A stretch of 64,000 nucleotides of DNA from Fimbriosthenelais zetlandica (taxonomy: Eukaryota), in contig OZ365114.1 of NCBI GenBank assembly GCA_977030845.1, positions 16,926,001-16,990,000 on the forward strand, written 5' to 3'. Below the pieces are notes generated by a model. The model saw only the letters and a program-made list of their open reading frames with translations. It was not told where the DNA came from and did not search any database. Both the position numbers and the translations under genes were made by a program. The first letter of the stretch is position 1. Every line of letters starts with the position of its first letter. Positions 1 through 12,400 of the stretch are shown here, in pieces.

Positions 1-235
1 ACAAAATCATCCAATTTCTCAACTAAAGTCATTTCCATCATTTACATTGTAGTCGCAACCCAAACACACGTCCTGAACCAAGAGCAATTTCCTTTCCCCA
101 AATGTACAAATTTCATCATTTTCAGGTTTGTTTCAGATTCTTGCAGATTTTGACAGTTGGGCAGGCCTTGCATACCAAGGAGCTCCTCATATCAGATGTA
201 TTTTAGAAAATGAAAGTCTGATGGCAAAAACCAAC

Positions 236-427
236 CTTGAGGCCCCGCTCGCCTTTTTCTCCAGGTGGCCCCACAGCAGTTTCCCCTTTTCCTCGTACAG
301 AATTGCCTGCCGCTGGGGTTCCAGGTGGCCCGGGGGAACCTGGATCTCCTTGGTCACCTTTTGCCCCAGTGAAACCTAAGCCCATATTACCTTTAGGCCC
401 CGGAGGACCAGCAGGACCTCTTTCTCC
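236..427 (-). CDS. COL4A2: alpha2(IV) 192-nt exon Y (candidate mutually exclusive exon)
   Basis: gcttttag|GGA...AAG|gttggt; encodes [64 protein letters not shown]. Confidence 0.9.
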
Positions 428-3400
428 CTAAAAGCAACAACAACAAAAACAAACAACACGTCAACAACATAAGCAACAACAGGGGTTAGCAACTGCAGCA
501 GCAACAGCAACAACAAAAACAGCAGCAGCGTTCTTGTATGTGTGCAAGGCGGGGTGTTGGTAGTAGCCACGATGTAAAATCTGCTTGGCTATGTATGGAG
601 TTAGACGGATGCGATTCCTACATAGAAGCTTGGCAGACACTGGTATAGAAGGAACCATTTATTATCAAACCAAAAGAAAAGTATTAAGCCTTTGGTAAAT
701 TTTCCCATCCTTGATGAAATGCACAAAGTTTGAGTCATACAAATTGTAGAGCAATTTTTTTTGCTGATAATTTTTGTCACATTTTTCGAAGGCCAATTTG
801 GAAATGTTAATTTTAAAAGTCAATTTGGTCAAATATTAATGTAGGTCAATTTAATCGAAGGTTAATATGCATGCCATATTACTATGGGAGCAGTGGAGCT
901 TCAAAGGGATAGCTCATCAGTAAATCATAAAGGGGTTATTACAACAGACGCATTAGCTTATCTCCCAATGATTAATAATGAATGGTTCCTCATTAGTCAG
1001 CTTATGGTGGTTTTGGTAATTGGGGGTTTCTTTCTTTTTCCCTGGACGGATACAAACCTTCATTCCCTTGTCACCTTTACCTCCAGGTGGACCGACGATG
1101 GTCTCGTTAGGTTTTTTTTGTTCATTAGGATTGCCAGGCGGACCTGGGGGTCCTGGAGGCCCAGGCAGACCTGGTTCACCTGGTGGACCCACTATACCTA
1201 AACCAGGGTTACCACGAGGCCCCTCAGGGCCAGTGGGACCAGGCAGTCCCTATAGGATAGATTGTATGGTAAATGATTCAGAATTTCTTTTTTTAAACTC
1301 ACGAAAGACTTATTCAGAAACTCATACGTTATAGATAGCTTTTCCACAAATAATATTATGTAGCCTGTATAAAAATGAAATTCATCTATCTGAGAAATTC
1401 ATATGACATTTTGTGAGAATACGGATCGTATGTATTTTGAAGGACATAATATTAAAATGTGCGAGTTCATATTGAAAATGAACTTACCTCATCTTAGGCG
1501 TGCATTAAATATAAGTTTTGTTATGAATGATCTCATAATTACATTACTACAAAATTCATTGTATAGATTTCAACAAGTTTATACCACATTATATTATGCT
1601 CGTTCCAAGAGCATTTTAGCTCTCAAGTAAATTATCACTGTTACTTTCGATAGTTTCATTCTATGAGGATTATTTATCATAATATACATGTACATGTAAA
1701 TATTAAATGGTCAGAGTTTGATAATGTACTTACGGGGATACCAGAGCCACCGGGATCGCCTTTCATTCCAAGAGGTCCATCATTTCCAGATGGGCCCTGC
1801 AACGAACAAATTCCCTGATTAGTTAAGTTTTCTAACAACGATCAAACAGTTTTTATCTATAGAGCTTGATTCCCATAAAGTAGGATCATGTAATATTAAA
1901 ATTGATCAAATTTGGAATTGCAAAACTGACAAACTCTTACCGGCAAGCCAGGTGGTCCATCACGTCCTGGTTCTCCCTGAAAAGGACAAAAATGTAAACT
2001 TTAAACAAGTATTTTGACATTTTGTCGAGCACAATAATTATGTTTAAGGAAGATTTGGGGTCAGACTCTATTGATTTTAAATAATATATTGACCTTTCCG
2101 CCCTTAATGCCTTCTCCTCCCGTGGCTGGTTCTCCTTTCTGACCCTTGTATCCCGGCGTTCCTGGTAATCCGGAAGGACCCTCTGGGCCTGATACACCAG
2201 GTGTTCCGGGGCTTCCCTGGCAATGAAGAAGAAAACAAGTTTTAAGCACCAAATACAGAGAAAAGGGGCAAATTAGAGAAAATGTGGGACACAGGATGGA
2301 GGGAGATAGCTGTAGAAAAGGGCGAATTAGTTAGGACTGTGCGAGGTGGATGAGGAGGGTGTGAGATAGAGGAAGGAGGGAGATAGCTGTAGAAAGGGCG
2401 AATCAGAGAGGAGGGTTGGGATAGAGGAGGGAGGGAGATAGCTGTATAGAAAGGTGCGGTGTAACTGGGGGATGTGGGAGAGAGGAGACATGCATGTCTT
2501 AAGGAAACATAGCTGTCATACCTGAGTGCCATTGCAACCATCCAAACCAGGCAAACCTCGGGGTCCTATGGGTCCGGGTAATCCCTAGAAAGTGACAAAA
2601 AGAGAATATGTTAATTACCATCCAGGGATATAACAGTAGACAGGCATACATGTCAGTATATGACAATATAATTATGTAACATTATCAAAAGTACTTGACT
2701 GAAGACTGATGAACATTGACAATTATTGCCAAATTCAAAATCAAATAATTATTGTAAATATACAAAAGAGATGGATACTTACAGGAATGCCGTTGATACC
2801 GGGGAATCCTGGCATTCCCATCTTTCCCTACAAAATGAGTGCATACCAATTAATAATCTATCATTCAAATGTCAGTGGTTGTTTACTGAACTTAGAAGAG
2901 AAAAATAGCTCTCTTACACAAAAGAAGGACTTTTGCCTACGATCTATCTTCTTATGATGTGGCAGAATGACATTTGTCATTAACTCTTCCTTCCATATTA
3001 TTACCAAGCTGGTAGAGAAAGCTATTGAGCCACAATTGATGGGAGTGCCTAGTGTCACATAGAACAACAAGGCCCTGAGAACTGCTCATAGTTGGATGTG
3101 TTTCCTCGTCCATATTTCAGCCTGATTTCAGGCAACAGCTGGCTGAATTCCTCACACACCTTGACATTTTTTACCCCATACCTCGTGTCACCTTCATCTT
3201 CTGAGGGCATAGTTGTGTACTAGATAGACAGGAATCCGTTACAACTACAACCACAGTAGAGACACTCAACTACTACGACTACTACCTGAGCAACTCAGAG
3301 TTGTTCTTCATCATTTTTTTCTTCAACGCAGGCCTGTGTTTGTGGCTTGTACCTACAGATGCTTCTCTCTGGCTTATGAATGAGGGACAACAGATGGGAG

Positions 3401-6400
3401 AGAGGGATGGCAGGAAAAGACCAGCAAAACAGCTTTTTACTTAGAGTACATAGGAAAAAATGTCGCTCTATTTTGACCAGGTGCGAACCAAGTCAGCCTC
3501 TAGATCTGCCTACTCTCACGTAGAGTGGTGTAGGCACAGGAGTCCAGGTGGTGAGAGTGTGTTCCCGCGCCTACTAGAACATATCTAGTAACAAAACCAC
3601 AATTTATTATTGTCAAGGATGGCAAAAAGTGGAGAAAGGGATAAGAAATATCACCAAGGTCTGGCTTGTATTAGGTGTATACTATAAGAAATATAAGAAA
3701 AGTAGAAGAATTAGCTGTCTAACGGCATGGTACAGCCTCAATAGTTGTAGATGAGTCTATACTTCAAATTTACTTTTAAAAATTTAGGGTTGAGGATTTT
3801 AACCCCCTCTTTTAACCTGTAACTCTTTATGATCTTTATGAAGATGTATATCCATCAATCACTCTCTTCTACCCCCAGAGCTCTACCGATCACTTAGATG
3901 CATTTTCCTTCGTATTAATAAGCCGTGTGAACTGCTCCCTTCACCGCGGCAACTTGACATACTTAGAACGTAACATATGGCTCCCCTAGCAGCTCATGTC
4001 AAACCAACGCCATCAATTAGCCCTCCGCCCTCCAGGTGGAGTTGTTGGTGGCGCCCCCTGGGTGAGTAGGAGTGAGGCGCCACCTAGTTCATCGCGCGAG
4101 TTGCTCCCCTGGAGTTTCTGCTTAGAACCATTGCTCTCAGGGGCTCGGCGGGGAGCATTCGCCCCCACCATTCAACACGTTGCCTGACAGGGTTTTTAAA
4201 TGAGGTCAGGGCCCTTATCATTCCCTGGTTTATATCACATCAGATTATTAACTTTTTTCCAGCGTAACAACCAGCAGAAACCTGAGTATTATGGGTATTC
4301 ATTTCCATACGCATGTACTCCTGATGTTGCAATTAGAATGGCAATATAAATAATCTTCTTATTCCTAACAAATTGCCAGATTCCGGTACAAAATTTATTA
4401 TATTTCAGAATGAAGAAAAATGATGACGTGCATTAAATGCAGATAAATCGCTAAACTCGGTTCAGAAATGTAGAGCACTCACTCTGTCTCCCTTGGGTCC
4501 ACGTGGTCCATCAGTACCTCGTTCACCTTTACCTCCTTTTGGTCCTCGTAATCCTTCTGGACCAGGGAAACCTGGGTTACCTTGTTCACCTTCTGGACCG
4601 GTGGGGCCGGGGACACCCTGAAACGACCAAGAAAACAGAGCTAAGTCAGAGAGTCACATACAAGATATTGTATAGGCCAACTATCTGCTAGGCACATAAC
4701 ATAACAGGACCGTCACCATTGATCTGGAAAAGAAATCCTTGTGTAGAACTATGTAAAATTCCTCCTCTGTGACAGCAAACATAAACTGTAACCTGTTTGT
4801 ATAAGTTGTATCAGAAGGTGTAAGTCAGTCATACCTGGTCTTATCTGTAGCATGCTCAGCATGTGTATCTTATGTATATTTTTATTTTCTTTGAGAGTAC
4901 AAAGAAGTCTTGTTCACCTTAGGACTCTCTTGAACCCCCATGAAGCAATCTAGAGCTTCGAAAAAGCAATGCATGTTTTATGCACTTATCATTTCATTTT
5001 ATGGTTATTTTAGTATTAACTCACGAGGTAAATTATGAGAGGCTAAGATTAAAAGGCATAGAAGCAGGGAGCCTGGATAAGGGATCTTGAGGGTTAGTTG
5101 GGCGTCCCTCGTTTGCTATTCTCCTGCTGTCTTTGGCAGCAGGTGCACTGTATGATCTCAACAACACCTTCTATAATTAGAGGACTACTTCCTGGTGAAG
5201 GTATAAACGGGCAGGTTGTGTCTGGTAGATGTGGATAGGTGGTTAACCCATCTTTCTATGTAAAGGGCTCCCAGTTGGTGTTTCAATCAGATACTACATT
5301 CACGGGGAACTTACTACCAGACTGCATAAATGTTGGGACAAGAAAATCCCCGCGTTACTACTGATGTTGACCTTTAAGATTAAAATCTTTGGGCTACACT
5401 ACAGAGTGCCAAATTATATCAACAGTCATAGCCCACATTGAACAGTAACTGTTTTATAATGTAATATTTTTATAAAAGAGAGTTTACCAATTATTCAGCA
5501 TAGGGAACTATGTGCTGCACACACTCTGTCTCTGGATTCTGAAATATTCCTGATGTACTTGGGACAGGGTATAGTGTAAATTGCAGTGGAGTATAGGGAG
5601 TTTATGTTTGTTTTAAGGGGTAAATGGCCTGAAATATATTCCTACTCTTGCAGATAACTGAACGTTTGTAGGTAAAATATACAAACATTCGCCACCAAGA
5701 CATTATCCCCACATTATCTGTTAGATCATTATATAAGAGATAACCTGATGGCTCTAACGTATACACACAGAGACTGGTTGCCCATTCATCATAATCTTAA
5801 GGCACCCAGGGCCACATTTCTCTCATTTCATTTCCTACTTTTCAATGTAAACACTATTGACTCCCCATGTACACCAACTCTCTAGTAACATTTTCCATAG
5901 TGGTTTCCTCTGGGACTTGTAGCCCAAACCAACCTTTGAACAGACAAATCTTGGTCGACGATTTTGGGTGGGAAAAATTCCAACTTGCCCTGTCGATATG
6001 CTCATGGGATTAGTGCATTTATATTGAGGTCCCAAAGGAAATCTTTAATAGGTCTACAAAATTCCCACACGTTTCGGAATGTAAGCTTTCCACATGTTTA
6101 GAACAAACTGAGGCATCTACAGCATCGTTGATACTCTGGTGAAGAACCACATTGCGGGTTAGAGTATAGGGATGGGGTCTGCCACAGTGTTTATCCATTT
6201 CCCATCATCTGATGTGGATTTATTCCCACATAGACACAAGTAGCAATGTGCAAGTTGTTAAGTCACACTGTGGTTAGGCTCTGTTGACGTACATCAGGCA
6301 GACATTTAAGACCATGACATTAAGCCTTTTACTTTTAATATCACCCACACATTTCCAGGTCATATCAATATTGCATCCATTGATATTCAACATAGCCATG

Positions 6401-9400
6401 TTTACCATATTGAACATTAGCCCATTCTAAATGCTGGGCTTTTACTAGAAAGCTTGGGGTAGGGCAAATGAAGAAAAAATGGCTGAAAAATCCTGCAGTA
6501 AGGACCTGTCAGTTGCTCGCATATCCAACATATAACACAACTCCCTCCCAGCCGTATGCAGGTCAAGAGTTGCAGCACAAACAAAAGAAAATCAAAAGTA
6601 GGAGAAGCATTAAAGGCGATGCAGAGAAAAATGACAAAACACATGATGAAAGATGTGCTTCCTGTGCCCCCCACTGGCCCGGCATGCGGCCCCTGCTTTG
6701 ACAAGTGCTAGTCCCTGGTGTTCTATTCATTATAATGTCTGAGTCCCTGACCCGCTGCCAAAAGCGGGTGTGGACATTTTTGTGAAGGTCCCTTATATAA
6801 GAAGCAGGTTTTTGAGTAGAGAATCGTGACAGCAGAGGATCAGAACATGTGTGAGACATATTGGAGAATGAAGACACTGACAACTCTCTTTGGGCCCTTA
6901 CCAGGTTCACGTTTCCAAGCCATTTCTATCTGACATCTTGGACAAATAAATCCAAACAAAACAAGAAAAATCTGCCATGAAGTTCACGGGCCATGCACAG
7001 ACGATATTTTTTATCTTTATACAATGACATACAATGTTGCAATGCATCAGATCAAAGTGATTGTTTGCAAATCGCTTTTATAATATCAGGAATATTCTAG
7101 GCCTACAACCGAAGTTAACATGTCCTAAGGTTCAGTACTGTAATACATTTTTTATATTATAGAGAATTGGAAATGAAAATTAATTGAATAGAATTAAATA
7201 CCTTGACGGTCAATCCGTTAAGTTCAATTAGCAGACTACACAGCAGTCCACAATGTTTGACTCCCTACCCTAGAGTCATTAATAATTACACAAAAAATCA
7301 TGAAATTTCAGTAATAAATTTCTCGCGTGTGAATGGTCTAGCTATGTGGGCTTCGCTTGCTTCAGGTCCTCTAGACATTACAGACTAGGGGTAGTGTACA
7401 AACAATGCCAAGTCTGCCACCCACATCCACATAACTCCAACCAACATAAGGTCTTTGTAACTTTCCTTCACTATTTAATTTGTTAAATCCATGAGGATTA
7501 GAAAGTGATTTGCAAGTTTAAGGGCTAGGCTACATAAGCACGAAGATGACATGTGTGCATGGGTGGGTATTTGTTGGGGGTGGGGGGGGATAGCGGTTGT
7601 GCAGTCATGGAGTGACCACATACTTTTGTCCCGAAATTTAACACTATGAAGTTTTTAAAATGAAGCAGTGTTCAAAAACATCTTCTCGACAGTGATGTCT
7701 CACAAGCATAATAGTTTTGGGTAGTCTCTTTTCCAACAAAGATGCAAAGTATTTACCAATTTTACATTCTGAAGCACTATGGAAACTTTGATTTACTATG
7801 ACAGTCGTCACTCCGCAGCTCGCGATCAGAAATGCCCCGTTATTTCAAGATGGATATTTAAGCTGTATAGGAGGGTTATGGAAATCCATCCATCATTTTG
7901 TATAATTCAAAAAAAATATGAAATTTATCGAAATGAATTCTTCAGTATAGCTCTATGTAAGATATCATATCAGTATATAGAGATCAGTAGTCCTAGTATG
8001 TGTATAATGTGCCAAATGCCCATGGGATCTCACATGAAGGTATCTTAGTATTTTCGGGTGCCAAAATGAATCTTGGCAGTTTGACAGGCAGAAAGTCTGT
8101 GGAGGGTAGGGCCATTTTTTCTACTTAAATCCATCAGGCCTTTTTTAAATCTCATAGACAGCCCACAGCCATATCATTAAACAAATAGATTTAAAAGTTC
8201 GTTTTAAATATTTAATATTCTCGGTGGAATATTAAAAGAAATATAACGTACTTCCTTTGGACGATTTCTGATACATTACGTTATATTTTCTGCCAGATAC
8301 AGTCACATTTCTATCAGGAAACATTTCTACACGGATTAGCACTCAAATAAACTGTTAATCGCAGGCACGTGTCTCTCTCTTATTGTGGTAAACGGAGGAT
8401 GTCTGTCGTCCACACTGCTACCAGGAAATACAAAACTTATCTCTGTAAGTTAGGAGCGAATATCCATATGTCAAAATATATGTCATCCTAATCTAAAACA
8501 TATGGTTTTCTCTTAACGTGTGTGCAGGACTCTGGTCCGTCAGTTGAGAAGATTGTTTCAATACGTTAGCTGCCAAATGCATGCAGTTGCTCCATAAGAT
8601 TTTTTACAAATCTCTTCCAGAACTACACCCTCCTTAACCAACCTCCCGACAGGCAGGCATGAAAAAAAGTAAAAATTAGTCAATTCTTTTTCATCAAAAA
8701 TTCTACATGGATTCCACGTCCCTTACTCCCTCACTGAAAAAAATGCATGTCCACCCATCTTGGTAAACGGTTTGCCGATGTCAATAATAATTAAAAAATA
8801 CATCCTACATACTGTAGGCTACATGTATACTTCAGATTGTAACAGAAAGAGACCATTAAAGTTGCATTACAAAAATGTGTATAAAAAGGGAGACCCCAAC
8901 AAAACTGAATCAACAAATAATAAGAGAGAGAAGTATAAAAAAAAAACACTAAGTACCACAGGAAAGATGGATGCAAGAATAAATAAATAATGTTCAGTCA
9001 GGGGGAGGTTTATGTAGTCTCTTAAAGACTTATAGACTATCACTACAGAGGGGTCCACACCTTCCAAAAGTGAAACAATTAAATTGTTACACTGATATTA
9101 TACATTCAATGGAAAGGGCCATGGCTGATGTAAGGGATAGAGCAATGTGTGGTCACGCCATATTTCGATGTGGCGTGATCACAAATTGCTTTCCTTTATT
9201 GTTATCATTGGCTTGCTTCACTTCCAGTAGGCATGAGGCGTATTTCCTACTTTCCTCAATGATATTCATGCACCCGTAGACAAAATCATTGGTTTGGGCC
9301 TCAAGTTGAAGAGAGAGGGGTCACTACAGATGTTCCTTGACATGAGATTTAATTCACCTCTACTCGATCCTTTACATATCAGTAGAGTTAAGCTGCAATG

Positions 9401-12400
9401 TGGTCAGAACGGAAGTCATGGAAATTATTAACAATAGTTATCAAAATTGGCCTATAATAAAGCTTCATAAGCAAGACCAATGTTTGAGAGTGGGTGTAAA
9501 TTATGGTATACCACCACCGAGTCCTTGGATCCAGCAGTGCGTTTGGTATCTGGCATGAAAGCGATCCGGCAAGGCGGTGGGTGAATTACTTAATGAAACA
9601 TACAAAGATATATCCACAAGGCTGAAGGATAAATAAACACAAGCTAAGGTAACTTTCAGCTTGGCATGGCCAACTCTTGCCTCCTACCCTCACACTTATA
9701 GGGAGGTGTGTGTATTAGAATGTCAGAACCAGGCTAGCTGAATAGCCATTACTTGGCATAAATATTCCGTTATAAAATAATTATGGACTAGATATTAAAT
9801 TATCATAGCATAGGGAAATAATTCTCCATATTGAATTGCTTTGCTAAATCATGTTGCGGCTTTTCTATGTTTATTTTGCAAAATTATATACCCGATATAG
9901 CCCAACAAGGCTATATATAGTCCAACCTGGCTATTTTAATCCAACTAAGTTAGGATTTTTTCAGAGTGTTTTTTTTTCTTTGTAAACCTGCCAGGTGGCA
10001 TTTTCACATACTTTACAGACTAAGGCCCGCTTTGCTTTAAAGACCAAAGGCAAAAGGTCTGGACGGGAACATGGCATGACTGTGTGGTCGGGTTCCACCT
10101 CCTACAGCTAGGGGGCACACTTATCTTCAGAAGGCTAAATTACTCGAGGTGTAAGGTTGGCCTGGCAAGAGTGGCTCAATCTGTGAGTGGCTCAATCACT
10201 GCTTCACTACTCATTATACACAGGCACGCCCAGTGCCAACAGGCCTTCACTTAGCCTCTATGAAGCAGCAGACCACCGTACCTTTAAAAACTACTATAAA
10301 AGTCTAACACAACTATCCCACTTCTCAAAGTAAACATCTTTCAAGTTTAGTTTTTTTTGACAGTCGAGATAAAAGCAGAAAGAACATGGTGAACCTATGT
10401 TTCAGATATTTTTGTTCGAGTGGGGCTTTCAAGGTATACATAAAGGACCCTCTGGGCCTAAATAATTACAATGGATGGACATCGAATAAACATCTGAAAG
10501 TCATTCAAAATGTTTACACTTTTATAATGAAGTTTAGATTCAAGTTTTCACTATTGGCAGAGGCAATACCCTCTCGAAGAGAGGGGAGTAGTCAGACTAT
10601 GAATGAAGTCTAGGAGGGGGTAGAGAGGGGCGGGGAAAGGTGGCATGGCGATTTCCTGGAACTCACTCCGGGAAATACCCTGACCATTAATCTGTCCAGG
10701 TGGGCGGAATACGGTGAGAAACTGTCTGAAAACAAACTTGATGTTTGTATATGGATACCTTGTACAAATGGGGTAGCTCAAAAGCAAAGTAGCCTGAAAC
10801 CCGAAAGTCACAGTCCAAGCCGAGTAGCCTGAGACCCGAAAGTCACAGTCCAAGCCGAGTAGCCTGAGACCCGAAAGTCACAGTCCAAGCTAAGTAGCCT
10901 GAAACCCGAAAGTCACAGTCCAAGCTGAGTAGCCTGAAACCCGTAAGTCACAGTCCAAGCTGAGTAGCCTGAAACCCAGAAGTCACAGTCCAAGCCGAGT
11001 GGCCTGAGACCCCAAAGTCACCGTACGCACAGAGACTACTATAGTCTCCTAGGTAGGCTATAGGCCTTAAGACCAAGCTGCTCTATGGGTTAGGTTCATT
11101 CACATTAGTATGTATAATACACATGAAAGTGCTCAACCTTTCCAACTGCATGCCCGTCCTATAGAGTGATAAAAGATATCACCACTAGACCTCTGCTCTC
11201 CAGACATGGGTTGGCACAGATAGGTTAAAGCACAAAAAACTGCCCACAGACAAAAAAGCCCTGGCTCCATGTCAAGTATTTATCGGTCATATATTCGCAC
11301 ACCTACCTGATTCCCAGCGCCTCAATGACTATAGTCTCTCATAACCATATGTTACCCAGCTCATATATTCTTGCAATATAAACCTGACCACTTCTATACT
11401 CCCGAGAAAAAGATATCCATAGAATAACAAGAACAAAAGCTCAGAAATCACTGTGAGGAAAAGTGAATCAAATGAATGGGTGCACTATCCTCCTTACGCC
11501 ATGTCTAATCAAGCTCAGTGCCAGGTGCAGAAAACTGAATTCGCAGAGTCAGTGGCAGCTTAGGCTTTAAAAGCAGAACACCAGAATAAGGAAGTCCTAT
11601 GTACTGCTTTTCATGATGCACAGTCAATATCCTTACAGAAAGGACTTTTAAACACTTTAGTAATAATAAAACTAAGTTTAATATAATGATAGGGTGTTTC
11701 TATAAGTTTACTGCAAACATCAGGTTGGATTGCCTCGAGGTTCGTTCTAAAATCCACCACAGAACACCAACACAAAAAGCCTCCCATAAAGTCAACTGGG
11801 GGCACCAGGAAAAACTCAACATTGGATCCCTGAGAATCATGATGTAATAGCTCGATATATATCATGAAAACATTGCTGGTGGATCAACAGGATCTCTTTG
11901 CTCTGCAGCCACGAGTATCTATCTCTTACTAGGGGAGACTATAGGGTTAATATACAAATATTATGATAAGGACTAGGCTGAGGGTGGAAGGTAGAAGTTT
12001 GAGTGGTGGGAAGCCCGACTGGAGGCTGGCTTCTCAGGTGCTACTAATCCAGTAATGGGATATATAGGCCAATACTAACACCAAGTCCTAGTCGTCCACC
12101 ATACTTACAGCTACCTCTCCAGCAGTCCCTTTCTATTCTATACTTCTTTAGTTATATGCTTAGTTCCAACTGACGTCTAGCTGCCACCTCCTCTTTTTCG
12201 GTTTCCCCCCATACTCCTTCTCACCTCATAATGTCTGCGGAGATTTGGCACTTTTATAGCAGAGTGTGTTGTCAGTCAGTGAAATATAACGTGTCTCTCT
12301 GATCAAAGCCAGGTTTCATAGCAGGTAACATATTCACATTCCAAGTTACTGCTAAAACATAAGAATGAAACTCCACAAAAAGAGTACCCTCAGCTGTAGA

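Noticed and set aside
376-658. Hydrophobic, signal-peptide-like ORFs on -
   Set aside because: They are translations of the intronic UUG/CUG microsatellite.
128-1334. Pro/Gly-rich + strand ORFs (237-431, 884-1201, 1020-1334)
   Set aside because: They are antisense shadows of the minus-strand collagen exons.
2255-2470. Repeat-spacer pattern
   Set aside because: Only about three cores, and the linkers are related purine-rich sequence; this is a minisatellite.
3300-3450. Strong + strand acceptor (tttttttcttcaacgcag) suggesting an antisense exon
   Set aside because: No convincing coding frame or partner exons.
10789-11021. CRISPR-like array
   Set aside because: Units are contiguous with no unique spacers, the context is a eukaryotic intron, and there are no cas genes.
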